From: Balanoglossus misakiensis
Taxonomy: Eukaryota > Animalia > Hemichordata
Direction of reading: 5' to 3'
DNA length: 64,000 nt
Assembly: GCA_040954595.2 (NCBI GenBank)
Contig: CM082598.2
Span: forward strand, 2,108,001 to 2,172,000
The notes beneath the pieces are model-generated. The model saw nothing but the letters and a program-made list of their open reading frames with translations, did not search any database and was not told the origin of the DNA. Made by a program: the position numbers and the translations under genes. Every line of letters begins with the position of its first letter. Position 1 is the stretch's first letter. Positions 1 to 13,215 of the stretch are shown here, piece after piece.

Positions 1-358
1 AAATTTTGTAGTCTGGTCATTTGAGGCCACATGAGTTATTTGGCTTACTGTTTCTTGTAAATGCCAATAGTTGACTATTCGTTTGTGTATTTTGCCATCA
101 CTAGGCCTATATAGAGTTTAAAAGAAATCCACCGTCTGTAGCAAAGCGCGAGATTTGACGCGATCTTCTTCCTTCCATCCGTACATCCAAATACCCTCCC
201 ATCCTCAAGACCCTCTCATCCATGATCCACCCATCCGTATCCATCATCCATCCTTATAAATTTGAAACAATTTCATCTCAACAATAACAACGACTTTGAG
301 TGTTGTTCAATTTACACTGCAGCGATTTGTGACACGGGTTTAAAAATGAGTGCGTGAG

Positions 359-377
359 TTGACACTAGGGGGCGCTA
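359..377 (+). promoter_or_regulatory. CTCF-like binding motif
   Basis: TTGACACTAGGGGGCGCTA differs by one core base from the CTCF core CCACTAGGGGGCGC. Confidence 0.45.
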
Positions 378-3300
378 TGGAAAATTGGTCATTGTAAACC
401 TGCGCGGTAAGAAAGTAATACGTGAGCATGGTGAGACCAATCTAAGCGCAACGGTGTCAAATATAAGAAATTGCAAGGAAGCAATCACTGACATTAGCCT
501 TGCGATAAGCAGGACTATTTTGAATACCCCGGGTTTAGATGACAATTTTCGATTGTGGGAAAAAATGATTGCTAGATAAGTAGCGGAGAGTGACAAAAAC
601 CGTACCTTACCTACAACTATCCCCAATTTGCGTTCACCTATTGCACTTTACATGTTGGCCCAGATTTAGTGCAGAACTATCACCGATAAAAATGTGATAT
701 AGGTACATGCAGTTTGATCGAAAAGGGCTAAATGTGAGTCCCCGATTGGCGAAATTATGCCTCAGTTGATATTGCACATCCAATTTCTCATAATCTTTAA
801 TAGTACGACCTTTTAAAGATTACACGAGCTAAACTGTAGGTCAGTATTTCTTGACTTGCAAAATACATAACACGTAGGCGGCACGAGAACATTCTAAAAA
901 TATCTGGAAGACGGAGAGCGATCAATAATTCTAGATAAACTGATCAATTACATCAAGGGCACATCATTGAACGCCAGCACAACCAAGCGCTTTAATCGAA
1001 ACTTATAAACCGAAAAAATACGGATCTCATCAGCAGATAAATTAAAGTTTCACTGTAATGATTTTGTCGGCAAAACCAATTCAGTATCAAGGCCGTACAA
1101 CCTCCGACCCACGTCTTAATTTGATGTTCCCATGGTCATGCTCGCGATGCATACAAACACTCAGCCAAGAGCAAATATTAAATACCTCTCCCTGACGAAG
1201 GCAATATTTAATTGTGTTCAATCGACTCATTCGCTGGACAAGGAAGAAAGTAACGTTACTTGAAATTTTTTAACGATATATACATTATATATACACATTA
1301 TTTATGATAGATGATGAATAATCGAAATATACAGGACGTCATTTGGCCTTTTACCGACGTATAATGATAACAACGTTATCTTCTTAAATCGGTGTGCCGT
1401 CCTGATACTGATAGGGTAAAGAAACTTTCGCTCGCGTTTTCAAGCGCAAAAAGGAGATCTTTACGATTCGTGTTTGCCTTTCTGTGACATCTATTGAAGA
1501 TGGCCTATTCAGAAAAAATGAGTGATTTGGAGATGATATTTCCAAGTTCTATTTCCAGGGTATTCTTATCATTGAAAGTGATAAGATGCAATCGGCCGAG
1601 GTATATGGAAACTGCAAATTTGGCATTTCCCTCAAAGGTCGGAACCTCGTTTCCATTTGAAGCGCGTGAAAGAAACGCCATCAAAGTGTGTAATAAGCGT
1701 TTTGACAAGAGAATATAGTTATCAAGTATGAAAGCATGTTGTGGCAAAACGTGTACGTGAATGACACAGCATCATTCGTCACTACAAAGAAATATTATTT
1801 AAAAGGTAAAAAGCAACCACTCGCACGAGTGTGGCCTTTATCTCTTCGGGCGATGTGACGTCATCGCTCGTTACTCAAGCAATCCAAACTTTACATATGA
1901 GACGAACTTGATATAATTGGTTTAAGATCACTTTCCATCCGCCATGCATGCAAGCGCTCAGTATAATTACATACATATTACTCTTCGTGCAAAATGGCTC
2001 GCTGTTGATCGAGAGCGGAGAGGCGAACGGCCTTTCAAACCCTCTACGACCAGACAACGCATAAACGCGAGCACCGCACCGAATCTCGATCCGATGCGTG
2101 TTCACGGTTGACGACTATTTCAAGGTCTCTTCAATTTGTGACAGGCGAAACAAACCACCAAAAAACAAACAGGCACACCGAAAACTTGTCGCGGAATCAA
2201 CAGTGTAAACGCAGTTATCGACCCCCGTATTCTGAGTGGAAAACCACCTGATTTATTTCCCCCGGTGTGTAAACTTCTTCACGCGTGTTACGTAGGTGAT
2301 GAAGGTATCCGCAGAATTTTAAGTGTCGCTAGGTCAATACTTTAATAACTGTTTTATCGCACAAGTGGATGCCTTTGACCAGCTTGTCACTTCAACACCC
2401 TTACTACAAGATTTAGCAGGCCACGAAAGTCGTCTTGCTGCAGGAGAGTTATTAATTTGGAATGCGGACAGTTGTTGAACTTTGACAACTTCCGTTCACG
2501 CTTCTAACACTCCTATTGGGCGTTTGTCCCCTCCTTGAAGGACCATTTAGGAAAAGAAAAACGCCACAAACACCCGACCTTTGATGAACTTTCAATCCGG
2601 TTCGCCACACGCCAAATTATCGCCATTCCGCAATCCGATGTGACTTGCGTTTATAAACAGGTGCTCGACCGAGAAGAGTGATACAGTGATCGATGTAGAG
2701 GTGGAGTCTCTCGCTCTTTCAGCTCCGAAGCGACTATTTCTATACCAGGCAGACACACAAAGACATTTTCTAAAAGAATCGTATCTGATTGCGGGATATT
2801 CAACGTTCCATCATATCTATTCTCGGTGCAGCACTTAACTGGAAACACGGTCACGGTCTTAAACCCGAAACTACAAACGGATAATTCCTGTTAAAAATAA
2901 ACGATAATCCTAAAAAGCCATGTACAGGGCGTGTGTTGTAAATGGGATTTTATAGATCACTATGCGGTGGCTAGCCTATTCAAGCCCGTGTCGTTTGTTT
3001 ACTCGAACCGCCCGAAGAATTCCGCAAATTCTTCTTTTTCAACTTTATGTAAAGGGGGACACTTTTTGAGTTGTGTTTTTGTCGAGATGTTTAGATGTTC
3101 CACTTTTGGGTGTCCCCTGTCTGATCTGAATCCGCCAAGGCTAGACGTCGCGTAACGAGTGCGGATCGACCGCGGGACTCGAGTTTAGCCAAGAAACGTG
3201 CTTTGTGAATGAAGTTTATTTTGGAAACTGAGGAATGTTTTGAGGAGTGCAGGGAAAGCTGCCTGTGTTTTGCGTTTTGATAGCGATAAATATTTTCCGC

Positions 3301-5170
3301 GGGGGTCACCTGTTGAATGGGCGCGCTCTGTTTGCAATTGGCGGGGACGCGTATGCGACGGAGAAAAGTGAAAGGCGGGTGTGAAAGGTTATTGAAAAAA
3401 CCAAGTCGCCTGCGATACAACCTTAAGATTCTTTGCGATTGTGATTTCAATCGAATTCTACACAAAACCGGGTGACTGAGGTGTTAAGTTCTGCTAAGTC
3501 ATCAAAACGGATCACTTTGCCTTATAGGCGTGTCTCCCCGCAGGTATTTTGCCCCGAAAGAAAAACACACACCCCACAGACTAAAATCAACGTTAGTTTA
3601 CCCGTGAAAGAGAGTGCATTCGCCCTTGCTGTGGGTAAACGGGCCGACCCATGCAATCAATGAAGAGCCGCGTAAACAAAAGTCAAAAAGCGCATCGAAG
3701 GTTTCTTACATGCAACGCGCACCAGAAGGCGCGGTCAGTGGACACCACCGGTGTCTATACTGATGTCCCCGCCACGCATTGTGCTTTACAAGCGGGTACT
3801 CCTTATATTCCTTATAAACGCATGCATTGTCCATCTCGATTATAAACTGTCCCGACCTTGCCCGACATTAAAATTTATCACCAATCTACCAAAGCCCGTA
3901 ACACAGCAAACCAAGTACACCGCGCCCCGATATATTTGTCTCAAGTATCACCATAACCAAAAGTGTTGTCCAACAAACATGTTTCAATTTTGAAAGACTT
4001 ATAGAATCCACTGATCTCGCAGAAATAAAATCCTTATGACGTAGATTTAAAATAATGACGTTTTCATTTAGAATATTATTACACATGTTTCGTTGGAGTA
4101 ATTTTAATCCATGCAAAAGAGTTTTGCTGTTAGTCTCAAGAATTCTAAAAATGAACTAAATAATTCACATTTCCCAGGAAATTATCTCAAAGTGTAGCGG
4201 CCACGTGGAATTCCAAATATGAGGTTAATGCTTGAGTTCCAATGCACCTTTATACACAGCGACCTTCTGGCAATTTTCCTTTGATTTCAAAGAGAATAGC
4301 GCGAATGCCGTGCGCGAGATCTTGGCTGGGGTGATGATACTTCCATTTCTCAGGGTCGCCAAACGAAGAATGTCAATGACACGCAGAATGCCTATGCGAA
4401 GTAAATTTCGCGCCGAGCTCTGAACGGGCCAGCAAAAGTCAGGGCCATTGCAATACACATCACAGTGCAATGAATGGATGAATAGATTCTCCGAAGGCGT
4501 TTTCTTGGCGATAAATTAGATACATTGTACCATCATGTACCTTGAGCTTTGAAATCCGATCTTCTGTTCATTTCGCATTCTCATTAGCGATTCGGTGTTC
4601 ATATCAATCGGCTGGCATTTCAGAAAGAAAAAAACTAATGCGGAAGTCTTACAAAGCTATACTGTACGTATAATCTTATTTGTGATCTCAAAATATTTTC
4701 AACCCATCTTCTATGTTCGTGGATTTCCCGAGAATGTTTACCGATCGAAGGATGACGGCACTCGTTCTAAACCCGTTTGAAATACCCCAGGCAAATTTTC
4801 CAGAGTGACGCGATAACTTCCATTATGCTTATTTCGGTCGTATACCTGGAAGCGTTTTCGCAGAAACATGTAAAAATGGCCCTGCAGTGTATCACGTGAT
4901 TAACAGCAATACTTTCCGCAAAAAAAGTAAAGAGTCGGTTTCCCATAAATCCAAGCCTTTCATTTAATATATGAGGATAAGCTTTCATTAATTGACACAA
5001 GCAATATTTCGCCTTCTAAATCTACTTCAAACGAGGATACATAAAGTATACTAAGGGTGATATACAATGTTCTTGTAGACGTTTGTGACAGAGTTGACGC
5101 TGTGTATAAAACTTGCATCAATTTCTTTGTAGGTAATACAACATCACACAATGTGATGTAATTCAAGCAC

Positions 5171-5208
5171 AATCAATCAATCAATCAGTCAGTCAATCAA
5201 TCAATCAA
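5171..5208. repeat. Short (AATC)n microsatellite
   Basis: AATC repeats with AGTC interruptions. Confidence 0.85.
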
Positions 5209-5978
5209 AAACCACCAGACAGCCACTCGATCAACCAACCAACCATCAGTTATTCAATCGATCATTCATGTTCATTCTAAATCAAACTGCGTTGTTGCTA
5301 TCGACTTCGTTCCGTTCCATAACTGTGTTTCACGAAATGATTGTGTATTTAAGTCATTCGTCTTCTGCTGCTTATGTTATAACACAGACAATAATTTGAT
5401 ACTAGTTCTCAGCCTAATTGTGCTTTATATTTTAACTGACGAAAAATCTCACCTGAACTCCTATAGTTAAATCAGTTCACCAGGGTCACCGATATTTCAA
5501 GAAAACGTGACGTCATGTGGTGTTAGTTGATAAAACTGACATTTTGCGGTTTTATCTGGGGTCATAGCGATAAACCGATAGACGATGCTTTGCTCTGACA
5601 GCCATATGCGTGAAAAATGGGCACCTTAAGACATGCGTCAAACGATTGCGTAAAACGTCTTGTCTGGGACGATCTCGGCGCGTGAGGCGAGACGCCGCAC
5701 ACGCGCGGTCACGTTTCATGATTAGGGGGACGCTGAAACAATCTGGCGTGAGAGAGGATTTTACGGTTGGATGCGTCCGTGGAAGACATTTTGGCGGGAG
5801 TGGTGCCTCTTCACGGCACGATTCTTGTCCGCTTTTGATTCCTCTAAATGAACATTCATTCATGCATCTACAGGTTGGCGTTGGTTGCCGTGTAGTTGAG
5901 TGAAGAACACTTTCTGGAGTCTACATTGTGCACACTGATTTAGTAGCGGCGTCGCTCATCCATCGACCCGGCCACCCG

Positions 5979-6134
5979 TCATTCATTCATTCATTCATTC
6001 ATTCATTCATTCATTCATTCATTCATTCATTCATTCATTCATTCATTCATTCATTCATTCATTCATTCATTCATTCATTCATTCATTCATCCATCCATCC
6101 ATCCATCCATCCATCCATCCATCCATCCATCCAT
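5979..6134. repeat. Compound microsatellite (TCAT)n-(CCAT)n
   Basis: Directly visible; source of the HSFI-repeat ORF. Confidence 0.98.
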
Positions 6135-7250
6135 TTGCTCGTTCATTCGTGCATTCTTTATTCATTCTTTCATTCATTAAAAGACGTCAGAGAGGGAGAA
6201 CTAAATCTTGTCAAATCTAGACTCTCGCGGTGTGTAACTTTGACGCGTTGTCGTTGGAGGTGCTTTGACGTCCGAGCTCGAGTCTGTCACATTCTCACCG
6301 GTGTTCCGATCACTCCCACGGGCAGGGGGTAAAGTTGACCTGCAATTTCTAGTTCTATGGAGCCTCCAGCACGGTAATTCCAACTCTCACCCGGTCCTGA
6401 CGTTGTTACAATACCACCGGGCGATTGGGATACTTATACGCCTCGGTATTGAGTATTCAAGCGAAAAACACACCCCCACCTTTAATTCTCTCTTGATGTC
6501 TGACTGACCAACATTTAAACCCCCACCATTCTTGCAATATGCATTGTCACGTGACGACTAACAGAATAAACGAAATATCGCCCTCAGAGGAAGTTTCAAT
6601 CTGGGATCCAATCCAGAAGATGTTTTTCGCACAACCGATCAAATTATTTCACGCGGTTCAAAAATACACCACTTTTATACAAGATCTGAGTTTGATCACC
6701 AGCGCTGAGAGCTTCGATTTCCGATAGCCTTTACAATTCCCCGCCGGGTGACGTTTAAGAAATATATTGGTTTTGTATAGGTGTATATTTTCAGGTGTAT
6801 CGATAAAATGTATCGTGTAGCTGGCGATAATTTATTCTGCACCATTATGTGCTCATCGATCGTCTGCGTAATTGCTTCCGTATTTAGCAGTCTAAACTAT
6901 TTTTTTTCCAGGAAGGAAGGCTAAATTTAGCCTTCAAGTTCTGCTCTTTGTACATTTAGTATAAACCTTAGCTTTTTCTTCGCCTGGTGTAAATTATAAT
7001 AGATAATGCGAAAGCCTTTTATTTCTCATCCGGTACTTTGGGAATGCATGTATAAAAGAAAGTGATTTTTGTGTGGTTTAGGGTGGTCGCCTTTTCGATC
7101 ATTGAACGCGCCTACAGGAATGCGTTTGGTCATTTTTAGGGGCTTTCTGTCGATGAGCAATGGTTGCAGATTTGCTCATATCCTGTCCACTGCGGTGTGT
7201 CGGTTGCGGGTGAGATGCGATCGGTCGCCGCCGAGTTGGACGTGTGTGAC

Positions 7251-8131
7251 CCGGAAGTTGAATTCCGTTGGGGCGTCGCCGGCGCTATAGCGCTACCCTT
7301 GACGCACGCACGTGGCTGGGTTTTGAAAAGTCCGGTTTAAAAAAAAAGACCAGGCACAGTTGAGTTCAGTACACTCAGGCACACGGAATGCGAATGCCTT
7401 TTAAACACTGCACCGCGGATTCGCATGACAGACTATCCCTGGCTTGACTTCGTATGTGATCGAGCGAGCGAGCGAATACCTTAACCAGTCATTCTGTGTT
7501 TGTATACGCAGTAACCAGGGCCAGTTGAGTACACAACTAACACGCGCCGCCGCGCCGTCGTCATTTTCACTCGAGTCTCGTAACTAAGGAGGCCAAACCA
7601 CGGTTTCTAATTCTGTGACAGGTCGAATGACAAACGACATCAACGCTTGACGCGTTTTCTTTGCCAGGAATTCCGTTTGGTATCAGACTGTCAGTGGTTG
7701 CGAGGTTTTCAACGCAGGCTTCATTGTCGCAGACGCTACCAGACTTACGCGAGAAATTTCTGACTCTGCAAGACGTTTATAGGAAAATATTTTTTTCTGT
7801 CTTAACTTTATTCGAAGAAAGTGTCTAAGAGAGGTGGGATTTTTTTCTCTAAATAGGTGGATTTTCGAGATGTGTGTAGGCGGAGCGGGACAGCCAATGA
7901 CAGCGATCCCGCCTTTGAGCTGAAATGTCGAAGTTGACGATTAAGAAAGATATAGATATTCCGACGAACGCGAGTCATTTGTTTGAGCGGAGAATACGAG
8001 GAGAAGACGAACGGAGACCAGGTCCTCGATTTCTTCACAACAACCACTTGGACGTAACAGCACCCAATAAAAGACTATACGACATCCTGCAAGATGGACG
8101 TACCCTTCATGCCTTGCATACAATGAAAACG
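7251..8131 (+). promoter_or_regulatory. Candidate neurotrophin promoter/first exon A
   Basis: ETS motif CCGGAAGT (7251), CRE half-site TGACG (7300) adjoining E-box CACGTG (7309), TATA-like TTTAAAA (7336) about 32 nt before Inr-like TCAGT (7366-7370). Ends ATG AAA ACG|GTAAGC (donor 8132), in frame with acceptor 33398. Motif-based inference only. Confidence 0.5.
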
Positions 8132-11019
8132 GTAAGCCAGGCTACTTTTAATTCTTTTTTCGCTTTCTTTTTCCGAAAGCAACGCTTTCTGTTTGACCCC
8201 CGCGCGCCGCAAACCCGAAATTACCACCACGGTTGCCAAGAGACGCTGGGATGATATGCGTGTAATGCGCAGAGTTAAGAAAGTTTGAAACCGCTGACTC
8301 GGACACACGGGACTAAGTATTCTGGCTTCAACGCAGCTCAAATTACAATAAATTCTTCCCTACGTGTGTTTGCCGCGGCGCTCTCGTATCTATTTTAATA
8401 TCTTGTTTTCGAGCGTGTTGTGCAGGTTTTAGATCCCTGGATATGATGTGGTCGCTTTTATTAGGGAAATATCAATAGCACCTTTGCTCCTTCTAACTTT
8501 TAAAGGAAACCTAAAATACCTGCTTCAGACTTTATAATGCATTAACATTATTGAAAACTGTCCTCAAAGGATGTAATTAGTTCAATCAATGTTATACTCA
8601 TTAGAATTAATAGCAAACCCGCTCAGAGCCTCGGTAATGTGGACGTTGGTTGTCAATGGTGGACTTTTATGGAATATTTTATTTTAGCGTAATAAAGTAA
8701 CGGTTAACACGGGCCGCGGTTTTATAATGTACGTTTAGGCGGATGATAGGTTTGTCAGCGCGCTGTAGTGATTCTTTGCGTCCATTGAAAGCGTCTTCAA
8801 AATAAGAGTGTTGTTTGTCGTGTCGATTCAACGGTAAACAGGGCTACTGAAATAGAGCGACGGTATCTTCGGTCATGCACGGCGCAATACGTGTTGTTCT
8901 CGGCGCATAGTGTGTGACGGTCCGTCGACAATGGGTCGAGCGTGTGTGCAGATTATGATGAAATATCTCGCACAATGACTTGGTTCTAATTGGGTGATCA
9001 TGTATAGGGTGCCCACCAAGACAATATCAGTCCCGTAGCCTCCAAACCCCCATGCTAGCTTTGTTTTTAGGAAACCTTGATTCCCTAAATAGAACAGTTA
9101 CCGTCCTTCAGCTAACCGCGGCGTTTAAAAAGTTAAGTTTTTGTGTCGATGAATCATACTCTTCTCCCAGCGTATCAAATTATATTAGTTTTTTGTGTGT
9201 AAATCAAACAATGTCGCGAGGTCGCCAATAATTATTTTTCTCAAGCAGCAGAATTTCGTACCGCGTGTCGGTGGTGCGTCATCCTCACTTGGGATTTTTA
9301 ATAAAATTTGATCGAATAATTACCGTGGAGTGCTTTCGCAGTAGCGATGACACAGAGTTCGTCTATCTTTTATTGATGTCGCATGCCGCACATTCTCGGC
9401 TTTGTTGCGTTTTTGATTTTTTTCTCTACTGGAGGGTCTCTTGCGTGTGGTCCCGCGTGACCTGACGGGCCATGGCTCTCCCAGACGCTCCGCGCGCCTG
9501 GTCGATGCGCGATCCCGGCGCGCGCACGCGTTCAGTTAGCAGGGACGAAATCATCGACGAGAAATTGGCGATTGTTAATGGCGCCGGACTTCTGCTGAAA
9601 ATACAGCTAACATGACACTAACTTGAAAACCAGTATCGTAAACAGACCCTAAAACGTTATAGTGTAATTTGATTGTACACGGGTGTTACCAAGATGTCAA
9701 AACGTTATCATACTTGCTCATTGTCAATGAGACTAGGGGCAAACGAGCGTATGTGGCGCTATCGACAATCATTACACACAACGCGTTATTTGTCGCGATT
9801 TTTATCTGATCCAAACAATCGATAAAAGTTTGAAACCAACCAGTGAAAGTGTCCTATTGCCTTAAAAATCGCGAAATCGGTTCGCAATATATTCGCCTCC
9901 AAACCGTGAAAGTTGTCTGTTACTTTCTAAGTCCGCGTTTGTCAGAAATCTTCGTGTCTATAAACACATGTATATCCATTCCGTGAACTGCCTAGACTTA
10001 ATGATAATGTACCGTGGTTGATGTAGTCGTATGCCTATTCAAGGTTTTGCAATTACGAGCCAATATAATTACATACAAAGCCCTAAAATGTTACATTGAA
10101 TGGTTAGCCAATAGCATAGTAGTTGCCAATCCACTGAGATAAAAAATAGAAGGTTATTCTAAGATAAATCGATCATTGGAATAGACCAAACAGCGCAATT
10201 CTAGCCAAACATAAAATAATAATATCTACAAGACCCGTTGTAAAGGTCACGAATATTTGCACATGGTGATAGACATAATGCGTTTCTTTAAAGGAGAAGA
10301 CCCGATTACCTTTGATAATACCGATGCATAAAAACATATCGGTGGCACCAATCTATTACAGATTTATTTCACAAAGTTGTGCATGGATGATGACATTCGT
10401 AGCTAGTCGCCAATCTAATCAGATGATCTCCGTGTTCAAACGTGGTAATGTTACATTTTGTTGACAAATTGCGGTTTTTAGCGTGGGCTGGAAATATTAA
10501 TCGGAAATGAATAATCTTTAGAAATCCATTGATGGGAGGCATAAATTAGCATGTCTTATAGTTTTTTCTTTCTTGAGTACACTGTAGGGTTATTGATGAG
10601 AACGAGAGATCTTTCCCCTTTATAACCACTTTCGAGCGTCCGAGTCAACTGAGCATGCGTGCAAGAGGCAACATCTCACCTTGAAATTTCCACTTTTATG
10701 GTACATGCTTCAACCGATTGGTCAATGTCTTCTCGTTCGGGTTTGCCGTTTTCTGACAGTTTTAGTGCACAGTTTAGATGAATTACAGAATATGTCTCGG
10801 CGAATGAGAGGGCAAACGCCCCTCAGCGGCATTCCCCAGATGAGCGGAATTCCACTCCCTTCATTTTCCCATTATGTTTCTGAAGTATTTCGCGCCATAT
10901 TTCTTCCGAGGATAGATGGAATGCTTCCGATCCGACTATTTATTGACGGTTAAGACTGGTAGTCTTGTTTACTTAGCCAGTCACTGACTTCATTGTCGCG
11001 CTAGTTTAATTTTGATAGA

Positions 11020-11464
11020 TTGCCCGCCCGGACGAGATTTTCTGTCTCCGGCCCGGTCACGTGACTTTTCTGCAGCGGATCGTCAACATCCCAACTGGAA
11101 TGTGCGCCACACAGGAATGCGGCGAAAATGTCGTTTATCAGACTTTTTGGCGCCAAGTTTTGAATGAGGAAAATCAATCAAGATGTGGCCGATGACCAGC
11201 CTACATTTGACCAGAAAGCGACGACAAAAGTTGAGGAATTCTGCAATTTGTGCAGGATCACCACACATCCAAATTATCGTCATTGTACTGTCAGAAATTC
11301 CGTGTCACCTTTACTATTTATCAGTATTCCACACGTGCAGACATAACGACACGCGCCAGGAGAAACATTTTCAGCCGGTATAAAAAATTAGATTATCCCT
11401 CCCGAGGGTGTAGGGTTAAAGAAAGTAGATTTCAGGGCATGTACCTCGTCCCATGGGAATTCGA
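11020..11464 (+). promoter_or_regulatory. Candidate neurotrophin promoter/first exon B
   Basis: GC-box GCCCGCCC (~11022), palindromic USF-type E-box GTCACGTGAC (11056-11065), then ATG GGA ATT CGA|GTAAGT (ATG 11453, donor 11465), phase 0. Confidence 0.35.
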
Positions 11465-13093
11465 GTAAGTTGGAAAATTTTCCAGCAACCGCACGCATTT
11501 AATACACTCCCGAATTTCAAAGTCTTATCTTCTTAAAAAATATTTGTTCGAAAAAAATTCATAAAGGTTTCTCAAATTTTGAGAATTAAAACCGCGATTC
11601 GAGATAAATGAACTACATTGATAAAATTCAACAAGTAGTATGATGAATTTCTTGAAAACAAACACATCAAATTTCTCCCCTCGGCGATGCAAGGCAAAAT
11701 TTATACCATTAGTGTAAATGACTCCCACCACAAAAACACGCGTCTTGACTCTAATTCCAACTTGCGTCTGGATTGAACAACTTGTTTGCGTTTTAACTTC
11801 GTGCAATAAAACTGTAATTCTTTTAGACGTACACAATGTGAATGAGGCATAAAGCAAGATATATGTAGGTTTCATTTACCTTTATTTCAAGTATAGTTTA
11901 GAATTCCCTCCCCCCTCTTATGTCGCTGAGATTAATGTGAACACTTGCATTCTCAGGTGAGAAAAGGGTATATTGATTAACACACTTCACACATGTTGGC
12001 CTTTTGAGTTTGTTAAGGCATGTGACCACTCATCCGTTTCCAGGCAACTGCGAGTGACTCGAAATAAGCAACTTGCACGCTTGCTGCCGTGTCCGTTTTG
12101 GATGCGTGCGCACGAAAATTCGCGACTTCGTTATCTTGGGTTGTCTAGTTTGTAACGAGGCCGTCAATGTTCACATGCGTGTAGTTGGCTTCGACACGGT
12201 GAAGACATTACGCCGTGTAATCGCGTAATTAATCTCTGTAATGTGAAGAAGCTGCCATCAACTTGAGAGACGTTGAAAAGTCACCACAATATTTCATCCG
12301 GAGAGTTCAAGTTGATGGGAAGTATTTGCAGTGCCCCCTACGATGACATGTTTGCGTTCAAATCAAACAATTAACTTGAAACTGTAGTTGATTCTACACT
12401 TCAAGTACAATAAGTGGTTTAGAAAAAAATGTGATAAATTAGCATCATTTGTGGGCGGTACGCTTCTATATGGAATAAGGAACATATATGTTTCAGTGTC
12501 TCTCCGTTTGTGCCCTTAACACCTAGGTCGATACATTGCTCAATCAATAACCCTATAAATCAGTTATGTTTTTCTGTGTGTCAGTACAGAGTTCTTCCAA
12601 GACGGCAATGTGCTGCTGATATTTGTCTTGGCGGTAGACAACCGCTCGCCAGCCCACGTCTGTTTATTTCTTTCAACTGCCATCGGAGTGCTAGATGTAT
12701 CTCTCTGTCACTTTAAGCCAATATAGCAGAGTATTAAGTTGACTCTATGCGTAATTCAGCAGTAAACTAGCTTGCTTCCCACGCAGACATATCTCATACG
12801 TTCCCGACTGAAGTCCCGTAAATCATATTTTCTGTGCGTGCGACACTGTAGACGTAAGCAATTAAATTTTTCAATTTCCGTGGTGAAGGGCGTCTCCCTC
12901 GAGAACGTCTTAAGACTGCTATCTTCTGTAACTGTTCATTTCTGTATCAATGCTCCCGAATTACGCATTTAAGGAGTTTGGCACGGGATTCAATTGACTT
13001 CGCTACCGTATTCCCCCCTCAATAACTGCCATTTTAACACATATTTTTATCAATAGCATTTTCCAATCTTCTCCTTATCCCAAGTCGGCAGAC

Positions 13094-13215
13094 GACACCA
13101 TTTTGAATTTGTGGAGAATCTAACCATACAAATATTCGCATACCATGATAGTTCTTTACTCATGCAAGGGGCAGCTGAATATATGGGTGTCGCACCCGTT
13201 TATTATATAACTTGT
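13094..13215. repeat. Dispersed ~120-bp repeat, copy 1
   Basis: GACACCATTTTGA...GCATACCATGATAGTT...GCAGCTGAATATATGGGTG...CACCCG..TATTAT..AACTTGT aligns to the reverse complement of 22517-22635. Confidence 0.8.

Noticed and set aside
5928-6332. 134-aa ORF with HSFI/HPSI repeats (also 48963-49317)
   Set aside because: Translation of tetranucleotide microsatellites; no coding signal.
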